Virus record (IMG/VR): IMGVR_UViG_3300010366_000034
Span: 1-32,717 of that record
Direction: 5' to 3' (one strand)
From: a virus
Lineage: Duplodnaviria > Caudoviricetes
Length of the DNA stretch: 32,717 bases
The number at the start of each line of letters is the position of its first letter. Position 1 is the first letter of the stretch. This document shows positions 24,309 through 32,717 of this stretch, piece after piece. The notes beneath the pieces are model-generated. The model saw only the letters and a program-made list of their open reading frames with translations, was not told where the DNA came from and ran no database searches. The translations under genes were made by a program, and so were the position numbers.

Positions 24309-25352
24309 ATGGCCGTACTCGGCTACAACACGATCGGGGCTAGCCAGGCCTCGCAGACCGGCGGCGTGGTGGCCTTGTCGGGGCCGTATCCGATAACCGA
24401 GGACGGGACGGTCACGGACCTGTATTTCTATGCCGTACCGGGGTCGAGCGACCAGCACATTCGCCTATGCCTGTACGTCGACTCGGCCGGTTCCCCTGGC
24501 AATCTTGTAGCGGTTACGGCCGAGATTCTGCTTCCGGCGTTCAGTGCAGCAGGGTGGGTCCACGGACCTGCATCCGGATCGCTGCTGAATGGACAGTCGT
24601 ACTGGGTCGGCCCGTGGACGAACGAAGGCTCCGACTACAAGTACGACACCGGGACGCTCGACTACAAGGCGATCACGTACTCGTCTGTCAGCAATCCGAC
24701 CTCGCCGTTCGGAACCCCTGATGGGTCGGTGGGTCAAAAGTCGAGCGCGTACGTCGCCTATACGCCCGCGAAAATCCTCGGCTACAACACGATCGGGGCG
24801 GCGGCCTGGGATCTCGACCCGGTCAGCTACATACAGGTGTCGGGGCCGTACACGATGACCGAGGACGGGACGGTCACGAGCGTGAAGGGCTACCTCCGCT
24901 CGGCGGCCGGATCGGCGGCCGGGCGGTTCGTGATCTGGAAGGACGGCGGCGGGCCGAACGTTCAGAACGCGACCATCGTCGGCACGAGCGACGAGTACAT
25001 CGTCACCGACACGTCGGCGGGGTCGTGGGTCCCGGCGAATTGCGGAGGCTCGCTCACCAACGGCGCGTCGTACTACGTCGGGATCTGGTTCGGCGCGACA
25101 AGTCCTGAGTCGGTCCAGTTCAGGTCCGATACGCCGGGCGGGACGCAGGGCTACTACAACCAGCCTTTCACCTACGCCTCGACGGGCGACCCGTCGTCGC
25201 CGTGGCCTGCGTCGTCGTTCTCGAGCACCGAGAAGCTCAGCGTGTATGCCATCTACACGCCTGCCGCCGTCGTGCCGCCGGGCCTGGCGCAGCAGGCCTC
25301 GAAGCCGAACTTCATCTACATGCGAAAGCGAGAGGGAAAGGTGAGACTATGA
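24309..25352 (+). CDS. virion protein with two tandem ~153-aa beta-rich domains
   Basis: LGYNTIGA...SGPY..TEDGTVT...YTPA repeated; DNA repeat at 24318 and 24777. Confidence 0.75.
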   Translation: MAVLGYNTIGASQASQTGGVVALSGPYPITEDGTVTDLYFYAVPGSSDQHIRLCLYVDSAGSPGNLVAVTAEILLPAFSAAGWVHGPASGSLLNGQSYWVGPWTNEGSDYKYDTGTLDYKAITYSSVSNPTSPFGTPDGSVGQKSSAYVAYTPAKILGYNTIGAAAWDLDPVSYIQVSGPYTMTEDGTVTSVKGYLRSAAGSAAGRFVIWKDGGGPNVQNATIVGTSDEYIVTDTSAGSWVPANCGGSLTNGASYYVGIWFGATSPESVQFRSDTPGGTQGYYNQPFTYASTGDPSSPWPASSFSSTEKLSVYAIYTPAAVVPPGLAQQASKPNFIYMRKREGKVRL

Positions 25353-26146
25353 CCGCTCTCGAGGCCCTCCGCAGGGCCGACTACGTCACCCCGCTCTCGG
25401 AGGTCGTCGAGAAAGAGATCGCCGCGGGCTTCGCGCTCGGCCCGTTTCACCGAGATTGGCTGATCCGCAACCGCGCTCCGGCGATCGTGCGCGAGCAGCT
25501 GCGCCTCGGCCGCGAGCGGCACTGGCTGCAGATGGCGCGCCAAGGCTTCATGAGCATGGATACGAACGACGTCAACACGGCCGACTTCGGCGCCCGTAAC
25601 AACTTGTCGACCGAACTGAACATTCTGCAAGACGGCTCGGCCGGGGCGAGCGCAGCGACGACGCAAGCGATCATTAACCAGTTCTGCGCCATCCCCGCGA
25701 ACGATGCTCGGCCGGGCAAGACGTACAACGTCCGTGCCGCGGGGATCTACTCGAACACGGGCACGCCGACGATTATCTGGACCCCGCGTTGGGGCACGTC
25801 CACGACCGTTGCGACGAACGTGACGCTCGGCGCATCAGGAACGTGGACGACGATCACGTCGACGACGAACCTCCCCTGGCTCGTCGACTTCGACTTCGAC
25901 ATTCGCACCGCTGGGATCGGCGCGACCCAGGGCACCGGGATTGGCTTCGGCACCGCAGAAATGGGTATCCCGGTCACGTCCTCGCAATTCGTCGCCGGTC
26001 TCTACATGGGCGGCACGTCGGCCACGATCGACACGACCGGCCAGGGAACCGCGAACTGCGGGCTGACGCTCGGGATCACGTGGTCGGCCGCGTCGGCGTC
26101 GAACACGCTCACGACGAAGCACTGGCTGCTTTCGTCAAGGAACTGA
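25349..26146 (+). CDS. putative virion protein (Thr/Gly-rich beta domain)
   Basis: ATGA-coupled; located in the structural module. Confidence 0.7.
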   Translation: MTALEALRRADYVTPLSEVVEKEIAAGFALGPFHRDWLIRNRAPAIVREQLRLGRERHWLQMARQGFMSMDTNDVNTADFGARNNLSTELNILQDGSAGASAATTQAIINQFCAIPANDARPGKTYNVRAAGIYSNTGTPTIIWTPRWGTSTTVATNVTLGASGTWTTITSTTNLPWLVDFDFDIRTAGIGATQGTGIGFGTAEMGIPVTSSQFVAGLYMGGTSATIDTTGQGTANCGLTLGITWSAASASNTLTTKHWLLSSRN

Positions 26147-26149
26147 CGC

Positions 26150-27091
26150 TTGCCCATTCGCTTTCAGGCGCCGCGAATCTTTCAGCGGCCACTTCTGCCC
26201 GCGCCTCGAGCCGGGCAGCTGCAGACGTTCGGCGTGTCGATCGCCGGAGTCGGCGCCGTCGCCGTCACGACGCTCGTCCGTACGAGGGCTATCGCCGTCC
26301 TCGTCGCCGGGCAGGCGACCGTCACCCCGGTCTTCGTGAGGCTGTTCCGCGTGCTCGCCGTTACGGTCGCCACCTCGAGCACCGTCGCGGTCACCACGCT
26401 CGTCCGCACGAGGGCTATCGCGGTGACGATCACGGGCGCCGCGACGGTCACGATCGCGCTCGGCCGGATCAAGGCGTACGCCGTCGCGATCGCCGGGGCG
26501 GCCGCGGTCGCGGTCTCGAGGCTGGCGGTCACCCGCACGCTGCAGGTCGGGATCGCCGGAGCGACGAGCCTGGTCGCCGACCTGCAGAAGGTCGGCGCGA
26601 CGATCAAGACGTTCGCTGCCTCGATCGCCGGGGCGGGCACGGCCACGATCTCGACGCTCGTCCGCACGCGAGGCCTACAGGCGGCCGTCACGGCTACGGG
26701 CACGCTCGTAGTGGGCGTGTCGCGGTTCCGAGGGCTGGCGACCCTGGTCGCCGGGCACGGGGCTGTCAGCGCTTCCTACGTCCGCACGACGCGGGCGCTC
26801 AGGGCGACGATCACGGGCGCGGGTACGGTCGCCGTCGCCGTCTCCCGGACGCTGCGGTTCCAGGTCGCGCTCGCGGGCGTCGCGTCGGTCGCGCCGACGA
26901 CCTCGCGCTTCCGCGGGCTGCGGGCAGTCTTCGGCGGCGTGACCGACGTCATGGTCGACGTCTTCGTCTTTAACACGCTTGCGCCGGACTGGCTCGAGGG
27001 CCTCGTCGCCGCGGTCGACCACGAAGGCCTCGAGGGCGTCGGCGTCGCGCTCGAGGGCGAGACGAGGCTGACCGTAGGGGTCGGCGGATGA
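26150..27091 (+). CDS. Ala/Val/Thr-rich repeat (fibre-like) protein
   Basis: ~21-aa periodic repeats such as TTLVRTRAIAV..AG.ATV. Confidence 0.7.
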   Translation: MPIRFQAPRIFQRPLLPAPRAGQLQTFGVSIAGVGAVAVTTLVRTRAIAVLVAGQATVTPVFVRLFRVLAVTVATSSTVAVTTLVRTRAIAVTITGAATVTIALGRIKAYAVAIAGAAAVAVSRLAVTRTLQVGIAGATSLVADLQKVGATIKTFAASIAGAGTATISTLVRTRGLQAAVTATGTLVVGVSRFRGLATLVAGHGAVSASYVRTTRALRATITGAGTVAVAVSRTLRFQVALAGVASVAPTTSRFRGLRAVFGGVTDVMVDVFVFNTLAPDWLEGLVAAVDHEGLEGVGVALEGETRLTVGVGG

Positions 27092-27972
27092 TCGAGATCC
27101 TGAAGAACACGCAGGCGCTCTTGTCGGTCACCTTCTCGAGCGGCGACGCCGACGCGACCGTGACCGTGAGCGTCACCGACGCTGACGGGACGGTCGTCGC
27201 CAGCGGCAACGCGGCGCACTCGGGCGCGGTCGGATCCGGCACGTACACCTTCCCGCTGCCGCCTCAGTCGAACCTGTCCTGGCTGACGGTCGTCTGGACG
27301 GGCACGTTCGGCGGCGTGTCGCAGTCGATCTCGACCGGCGGCGGCCAGGCGGACGGGACGGCGAGCGAGGTGCAGGTCGCGGGCGGGCACCTGTTCACGA
27401 TCGCGGAGCTACGAGCCTTCCACGACAAGATCCTCAACGACCCGGCGAAGTACCCGGACGCCGTCCTGATCGACGCGCGCTCGAGGGCGACGATGCTGTT
27501 CGAAGAGTTCTGCAACGTCGCTTTCGTCCCGCGCTATGCGCGCGTCGTGCTCGACGGGATGCTGACGCGCTCGCTCTGGCTGCCGCACCTGAAGATCAAC
27601 AAGCTCCGCAGCGTCACGGTCGACGGCGTCGCGCTGTCGACGAACGATCTCAATCAGGTCGCCGTCTACCACTTCGGCAAGCTCGATCGGCTCGCGCTCT
27701 GGCCGTACTCCGTTCAGCGGCAGAACATCGTCGTGAGCTATGAGCACGGCTACACCTCGGTCCCGGAGGACATCGCCCGTTGCGGGATGGCGCTCGCCCG
27801 CTACGACTTCGTGATCAATCAGCTGTCGGACCGCTTCATCAGCTACCAGAACGACCTCGGCGTCGTCAGGCAGGCGATCCCGGACGAGTGCCACCCGACC
27901 GGGATCCCGTTCATCGACGCGACGCTCCGGCGCTACCAGCTGAAGACGTCCGGCGAGACGCAAGACTTCTGA
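27088..27972 (+). CDS. head-tail adaptor with N-terminal beta-sandwich extension
   Basis: FEEFCNVAFVPR, NIVVSYEHGYTSVPEDI and DATLRRY motifs. Confidence 0.75.
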   Translation: MIEILKNTQALLSVTFSSGDADATVTVSVTDADGTVVASGNAAHSGAVGSGTYTFPLPPQSNLSWLTVVWTGTFGGVSQSISTGGGQADGTASEVQVAGGHLFTIAELRAFHDKILNDPAKYPDAVLIDARSRATMLFEEFCNVAFVPRYARVVLDGMLTRSLWLPHLKINKLRSVTVDGVALSTNDLNQVAVYHFGKLDRLALWPYSVQRQNIVVSYEHGYTSVPEDIARCGMALARYDFVINQLSDRFISYQNDLGVVRQAIPDECHPTGIPFIDATLRRYQLKTSGETQDF

Positions 27973-28403
27973 TGCCCGGCGACCTGACCGCATACCGGAC
28001 GGCGCTCGCGGCGAACCTCGCGCCGCTCATCACCGACACGCCGCAGCTACTGATCTCCGCGTACGTGGTCGCGAACCCCGACCCGCCCGTGATCTGGGTT
28101 CGGCCCTCCCCGGACATTCTGATCGAGTACCACCAGGCGATGAGAGATGGCGCCGAGTTCTGGCACCTCATGATCCAGGCGTACGCGGGCGCCTACGCCG
28201 ACGTCGAGGCGCAGCAGATCCTCGACAGCTGGATATCGCCGACCGCACCGCAGTCGGTCAAGGCCGCCGTCGAGGGCGACCGCACTCTCGGCGGCAGCTG
28301 CCAGGACCTCCACGTCCTCGAGTGCCGCAACTACTCCGAGTTCCTTCGCGCGGACGGCTCGACGCTGATCGGCGCCGAGTGGGCCGTCGACGTACTGGCC
28401 TAG
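27972..28403 (+). CDS. putative tail terminator / completion protein
   Basis: SVKAAVEGDRTLGG motif; position. Confidence 0.65.
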   Translation: MPGDLTAYRTALAANLAPLITDTPQLLISAYVVANPDPPVIWVRPSPDILIEYHQAMRDGAEFWHLMIQAYAGAYADVEAQQILDSWISPTAPQSVKAAVEGDRTLGGSCQDLHVLECRNYSEFLRADGSTLIGAEWAVDVLA

Positions 28404-28476
28404 CTCACCTCCCCTTACCCGTGCCCATACCTACACCCGTCAGGGCGGCCCAGCGCTGCCCAGAAAGGAAGCTGCG

Positions 28477-28824
28477 ATGGCAACCCTGACCACGCAGGTC
28501 ATCACTCGAGCAGGAGTGATCCCGACCTACGGCGCGGCCGCTGGCGGCGGCGACGCGATGCAGGTCGGCGACGACATGTTCCTACACATTAAAAACGGCG
28601 GCGGCTCGAGCATCACGGTCACGCTCGCGATCCCCGCGGGCGCCTCGGCCTTCCCGCAGGTCGCCTACACGTCGACGGCCGTCACGGTCGCGAACGCGAG
28701 CGAGAAAATGATCGGCCCGATCAAGGCGGCGATTTACGCCGACCCGGTCACCGGCCTCTGCACGATCACCTACACGGCCGTGACCTCGGTCACGGTCGCA
28801 GCACTGCAGAACCTCGAGCCGTAG
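28477..28824 (+). CDS. virion-associated hypothetical protein
   Basis: GAAAGGA SD; FLHIKNGGGSSITVT beta-rich. Confidence 0.7.
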   Translation: MATLTTQVITRAGVIPTYGAAAGGGDAMQVGDDMFLHIKNGGGSSITVTLAIPAGASAFPQVAYTSTAVTVANASEKMIGPIKAAIYADPVTGLCTITYTAVTSVTVAALQNLEP

Positions 28825-28870
28825 GCCCGAGGCCTACCCGTAACACCGCAACCCGGAAGGGGGTTTCAGC

Positions 28871-29137
28871 GTGCCCAAGTTCTCGAAGGGCGAGTCGGCG
28901 CCCGAGCACTTCTACCCCGACGTCGACGTCGGCGACGAGATCGACATCGACTTCGAGACCGACTACCCAGCCCACCCGGCCGAAGGCGTCGAGACGGCGC
29001 TCGCTGCCGCCGGATGGATCGGCGACCCGCCGTCTCCCGCCGCCGTGAAGGCGAAGGCGAAGGCGAAGGCGGACGAGGCAGCCGCGCAGGCGGACGAGGC
29101 GGCCGCGCAAGCAGCACCGACCAGCGAGGAGGCGTAA
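28871..29137 (+). CDS. hypothetical protein
   Basis: GAAGGGG SD; Ala-rich tail. Confidence 0.6.
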   Translation: MPKFSKGESAPEHFYPDVDVGDEIDIDFETDYPAHPAEGVETALAAAGWIGDPPSPAAVKAKAKAKADEAAAQADEAAAQAAPTSEEA

Positions 29138-29140
29138 GCG

Positions 29141-29560
29141 ATGGCTATCAGTGTCCTGACGAACTGCATGGTCCTGATCGGCGGCGTCGATCTGTCCGAC
29201 CACGCGACGAAGGTCACCATCACCGACAACAGGGCGTCCGTCGACATCACCGCATTCGGAGCGACGAATACGGCCGTCACCAAAGGTCTAGGGGATGCTT
29301 CTATTGCGATTGATTTCCTGCAGGACTTCGCGGCGTCGAAGGTACACGCGACCCTGCAGCCGCTGATCGGTGCGACGTCGACAACGTCGATCGAGATTCG
29401 CCCGACGAACGCGGCCAGGTCGACGACCAACCCGGCGGCGCTGATGTCCGGGCTGCTCATGGACTACAACATGCTCGACGGCCAGGTCGGCGACGCCTCG
29501 AAAATGACCGCAACGTTCGTCAACGGGTCGCAGACCGGGATGACCTACCCGACGTCCTGA
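29141..29560 (+). CDS. major tail (tube) protein
   Basis: IGGVDLSDH...VDITAFG...GLGD...FLQDF; position. Confidence 0.75.
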   Translation: MAISVLTNCMVLIGGVDLSDHATKVTITDNRASVDITAFGATNTAVTKGLGDASIAIDFLQDFAASKVHATLQPLIGATSTTSIEIRPTNAARSTTNPAALMSGLLMDYNMLDGQVGDASKMTATFVNGSQTGMTYPTS

Positions 29561-29937
29561 TGGCGGCCCAGACCGTCCGCATCCTCGGGCTGCGCGAACT
29601 CGACCGGGCCTTCGGCCAGGTATCGAGGGAGACGCGGCTCGGGATGCGGGCCGAACTCAGAGCGATCGCAGAACCCGTCCGCAGCGAGGCGCAGGAACTC
29701 GCGCCGCAGAAGATCTCCAACATCGGCGACCAGTGGGCGCGGATGCGGGTAGGCGTCACCGCCCGCGGCGCGTACGTGGCACCGCAGTCCCGCGGCCGCG
29801 GGAAGATCAGGCGGCCGAACCTGGCAGGGCTGCTGATGGACCAGGCGATGCTTCCGGCGCTCCGCGATCACGAGGCCGAGATCGTTGCGGGCCTCGGGTT
29901 GTGGCTCGACGCGGTCGGTCGCGGCGCAGGCTTCTAA
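29560..29937 (+). CDS. HK97 gp10-like tail protein
   Basis: VRILGLRELDRAF...AQELAP...MLPAL pattern. Confidence 0.65.
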   Translation: MAAQTVRILGLRELDRAFGQVSRETRLGMRAELRAIAEPVRSEAQELAPQKISNIGDQWARMRVGVTARGAYVAPQSRGRGKIRRPNLAGLLMDQAMLPALRDHEAEIVAGLGLWLDAVGRGAGF

Positions 29938-29955
29938 CCGAAAGGAACCGGCACC

Positions 29956-30396
29956 TTGCCCAAGCTGACGATCCGGGATACCGGCCCGCTGCTCGACGGC
30001 GACTACGAGCTAGCGATGCCGCCCTACACGCAAAAGGAATGGCACCAGATCAAGTCGCGCACGGGGCTACGCCCGCTCGACCTCGAGGACGCCTGGCAGT
30101 CCGGCGACCCCGACGTGATGGCCGCGTTCGCCTGGGTCTCCGCGACCCGAGCGGGGAAGGAACCGAACATGGCCTGGAACGCGCTCGGCGAGCTAGACGT
30201 CTTCACCTCGCTGACGTTCGACTTTGGCGAGGAAGAGGAAGAGGAACCGGTCCCTTTGGAACCGACGACCCCGACCGATACCGAACCCGCCAGCGAACCA
30301 GAGCCAGACGACTCAACCGGCAATTCTGGCGCGACTACGAACGGGCCTTCGGAGAGCCTGGTCAGCGACCCGAGAGCTATTGGAATTTTGCCCTAG
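29956..30396 (+). CDS. tail assembly chaperone (G)
   Basis: GAAAGGA SD with TTG start; lies before the tape measure; contains a slippery site. Confidence 0.75.
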   Translation: MPKLTIRDTGPLLDGDYELAMPPYTQKEWHQIKSRTGLRPLDLEDAWQSGDPDVMAAFAWVSATRAGKEPNMAWNALGELDVFTSLTFDFGEEEEEEPVPLEPTTPTDTEPASEPEPDDSTGNSGATTNGPSESLVSDPRAIGILP

Positions 30397-30491
30397 GCCA
30401 CTGGTGCGCTCTGCGGCCTGTCGACCTCGGCGACCTGTACCCGCACCAGATGCTCGGCGCATGGGAATCGATCATGAAGAACCAAGGGTGA
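30252..30491 (+). CDS. -1 frameshift extension of the chaperone (GT)
   Basis: C CCT TTG heptamer at 30252-30258; -1 frame open to 30491. Confidence 0.65.
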   Translation, partial: PFGTDDPDRYRTRQRTRARRLNRQFWRDYERAFGEPGQRPESYWNFALGHWCALRPVDLGDLYPHQMLGAWESIMKNQG

Positions 30492-30495
30492 CGCC

Positions 30496-32717
30496 GTGAG
30501 CCACGCCGTTCGCGTCGAGATCATCGGCGACGCGACGCCCTTCGAGCGGTCGCTGAAGAGCGCGACGACCGCGACCGAGACGTTCAGCGCCAGCGTTAAG
30601 AGCATGGCGAAGACGCTCGGGGTCGCCTTCGGCGTGGCCGAGGTCGTCAAGTTCGGCAAGGAGTCGGTCGAGGCGGCGGCCAAGTTTCAGTCGGCGATGG
30701 AACTGATCCACACGCAGGCGGGCGCCAGCCAGAAAGAGGTCGCCAAGCTGAGCAAGGAAGTCCTCGGCCTGGCGGGACAGGTCGGCACCGGCCCGGAGAA
30801 GCTCGCCGAGGGCCTGTACCACCTCGAGAGCCAGGGGCTACGCAGCGCGAAGGCGATGGCCGCGCTGAAGATCGCCGCCGAGGGTGCCCGCGTCGGGCAC
30901 GCGAACCTCGAGGACGTCACGAACGCGCTCGGCGCCGTGATGGTCTCGGGGATCAAGGGCGCGAAGAACCTCAAGCAGGTGATGGGCGAACTGAACGCCA
31001 CGGTCGGCGCTGGCGATATGCGGATGCAGGACCTCGCCGACGCCCTGGGCACCGGCCTAACCGCGAAGGCTGCGGTCGCGGGCGTGGCGATCAAGGACGT
31101 GTCGGCCGCGCTCGCGGTGTTCGGCGACAACAATATCCGCGGCGCCGACGCGGGCACGAAGCTCGGCTCGGCGATACGACTGTTGTCCGCGCCGAGCAAG
31201 GCCGCCGAAAAGCAGCTGCGTTCGATCGGCATCACCGGCCTTCAGCTGGCCGACACCCTCCGCAACCAGGGCCTCGTCCCGGCGATGGAACTCCTGAAAA
31301 CGAAAATGGAGGCGGCGGGCCTGACCGCGTCGCAGCAGTCGCTCTTGCTCACCCGCGCCTTCGGCGGCAAGCAAGCGACCGGGATCAACATCTTGATAAC
31401 TCAGATGGAGCGGCTGAAGACGAAAGAGGAAGAGGTCGGGAAGGGCGGCAACAAGTTCGGCGAGGACTGGAAGGCGACCACGAAGACGGCGCAATTCCAC
31501 TGGGACCAGCTGATGGCGAACCTCGACGTCCTGAAGATCAAAATCGGGAACGCGGTCCTGCCCGCCCTCGACAGGTTCGTCCAGTACATCAACAAGCACT
31601 TTCCCGAGATCCAGCGCCAGATCGGCGACATCATCCAGGCGCTAAAGCCGTTCGGTACCGCCCTCGGTAATCTGCTCAGGGCCGCGCAGAAGGTCGTCGA
31701 CGCCCTGGGCGGATGGAAGCCCGTCGTCATCGCTGTCGCCGCGCTCTGGGTCTCGAAGTTCACCGGCCTAGCGGCCTTCCTGAAAGCCTTCTGGCTCGAG
31801 TTCACCGCTGAGGCCACGACGGCGACCACGGCGGTCAAGACCGACGAGGCCGCGATGGCGACGAGCGCCGAGGCGTCAGCGGCTCGAGCGCAGGTCGCCT
31901 GGAAGCTCGCCTTCGCCGCCATCGCCGGATACGCCCTAGGCCTGGCGCAGCAGCAGCTGTTCCCAGACCCCGAGGTGACGAAGCGGATGCAACGAATCCA
32001 GCTGGGCGGGAAGTCCGGGATCACCTACGACCCGAACACCGGGAAGTATTACGCCGGAGCCAAAGGCGCTCAGATCGAGGTCTCGATGAAAGAGGCCGCG
32101 AAGGAACTCGGGATCTCGGTCGACAGGCTGCGTGCCGAGATCGCGAAGCTGACCGCCGCGCAGCAGAAGAAAGCGCAGGCCGACGCGGCGGGCGGCGAGA
32201 CCACGCGCGGCGCACCTCGCAGCCAGGAGACCACGCGCGGCGCACCTCGCAGCAGTCAGGGGAAGTTGCCAGGGAGGAAAGCTCCGGCGGCGACCACGCA
32301 GCAGCAGCAGCTGCTCGACTTCGCAAAGATGCTGCTCGGTACCCCGTACGTCTACGGGGCGATGAGCCAGCAGGGGATCGACTGTTCCGGGCTGGTCGCC
32401 TGGGCTTATGGAAAGCTCGGGATCGGTCTGCCGCACTCGACCTACGCGCAGGTCGGAATGGGGAAGTTCGTCACGGGCGGCACTGGCGGAATGTCGCGGC
32501 AGCAGATGGCGCGGCTGCGGCCCGGCGACGTGATCTTCAGCCAGTACGGCGAGGGCGGCAGAAGCGGGCCGGGGCATGAGGCGCTGTACGTCGGCGGCGG
32601 GCAGGTCGAGGTCGCGCGCCATCCCGGCACCCGCGTTCAATATCAAGCGGTCTCGGCCATGATCGGAGGCGGCGCCTATTCGGTGCGGCGGTTCCTCGGC
32701 GACGTGGCGCCCGGCGA
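30496..32717 (+). CDS. tape measure protein (TP901-like core) with NlpC/P60 domain, 3'-truncated
   Basis: Frame open from GTG 30496 to the window end; GTPYVYG...GIDCSGLV...LRPGDVIF...GHEALYVG. Confidence 0.9.
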   Translation, partial: MSHAVRVEIIGDATPFERSLKSATTATETFSASVKSMAKTLGVAFGVAEVVKFGKESVEAAAKFQSAMELIHTQAGASQKEVAKLSKEVLGLAGQVGTGPEKLAEGLYHLESQGLRSAKAMAALKIAAEGARVGHANLEDVTNALGAVMVSGIKGAKNLKQVMGELNATVGAGDMRMQDLADALGTGLTAKAAVAGVAIKDVSAALAVFGDNNIRGADAGTKLGSAIRLLSAPSKAAEKQLRSIGITGLQLADTLRNQGLVPAMELLKTKMEAAGLTASQQSLLLTRAFGGKQATGINILITQMERLKTKEEEVGKGGNKFGEDWKATTKTAQFHWDQLMANLDVLKIKIGNAVLPALDRFVQYINKHFPEIQRQIGDIIQALKPFGTALGNLLRAAQKVVDALGGWKPVVIAVAALWVSKFTGLAAFLKAFWLEFTAEATTATTAVKTDEAAMATSAEASAARAQVAWKLAFAAIAGYALGLAQQQLFPDPEVTKRMQRIQLGGKSGITYDPNTGKYYAGAKGAQIEVSMKEAAKELGISVDRLRAEIAKLTAAQQKKAQADAAGGETTRGAPRSQETTRGAPRSSQGKLPGRKAPAATTQQQQLLDFAKMLLGTPYVYGAMSQQGIDCSGLVAWAYGKLGIGLPHSTYAQVGMGKFVTGGTGGMSRQQMARLRPGDVIFSQYGEGGRSGPGHEALYVGGGQVEVARHPGTRVQYQAVSAMIGGGAYSVRRFLGDVAPG
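32197..32253 (+). repeat. 27-bp direct repeat with 30-bp period (ETTRGAPRS x2)
   Basis: GAGACCACGCGCGGCGCACCTCGCAGC at 32197 and 32227. Confidence 0.85.

Noticed and set aside
24318-25262. Repeat pair as a DGR template/variable region
   Set aside because: Both copies lie in one ORF, differences are not adenine-specific, and no reverse transcriptase is visible.
1-32717. CRISPR array, tRNA/rRNA genes, IS elements
   Set aside because: No regularly spaced repeat-spacer units, RNA-gene signatures or transposase seen by eye.

Overview
High-GC temperate siphovirus (HK97-type head), probably infecting an actinobacterium; the host is an inference from GC content, GTG/ATGA-coupled genes and gene content. 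Left to right: a minus-strand large serine integrase with a 46-bp attP-like dyad; an early/middle rightward operon (RecT-like annealase, secreted lysozyme-like protein, HTH proteins, YegP-like protein, Hjc-like resolvase, replication initiator with internal origin, class I methyltransferase, many small ORFs); a divergent promoter switch at ~13.2 kb with three palindromic operators; then HNH/cos, large terminase, a frameshifted portal, protease, capsid, extra virion genes, adaptor, tail genes, a G/GT chaperone frameshift and a truncated tape measure with an NlpC/P60 domain. The most novel-looking signal is regulatory: a GGAAGCGACC motif sits at the predicted 5' end of four promoters, and several tiny coupled ORFs are folded into long hairpins. 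All calls come from reading motifs by eye; no searches were run.
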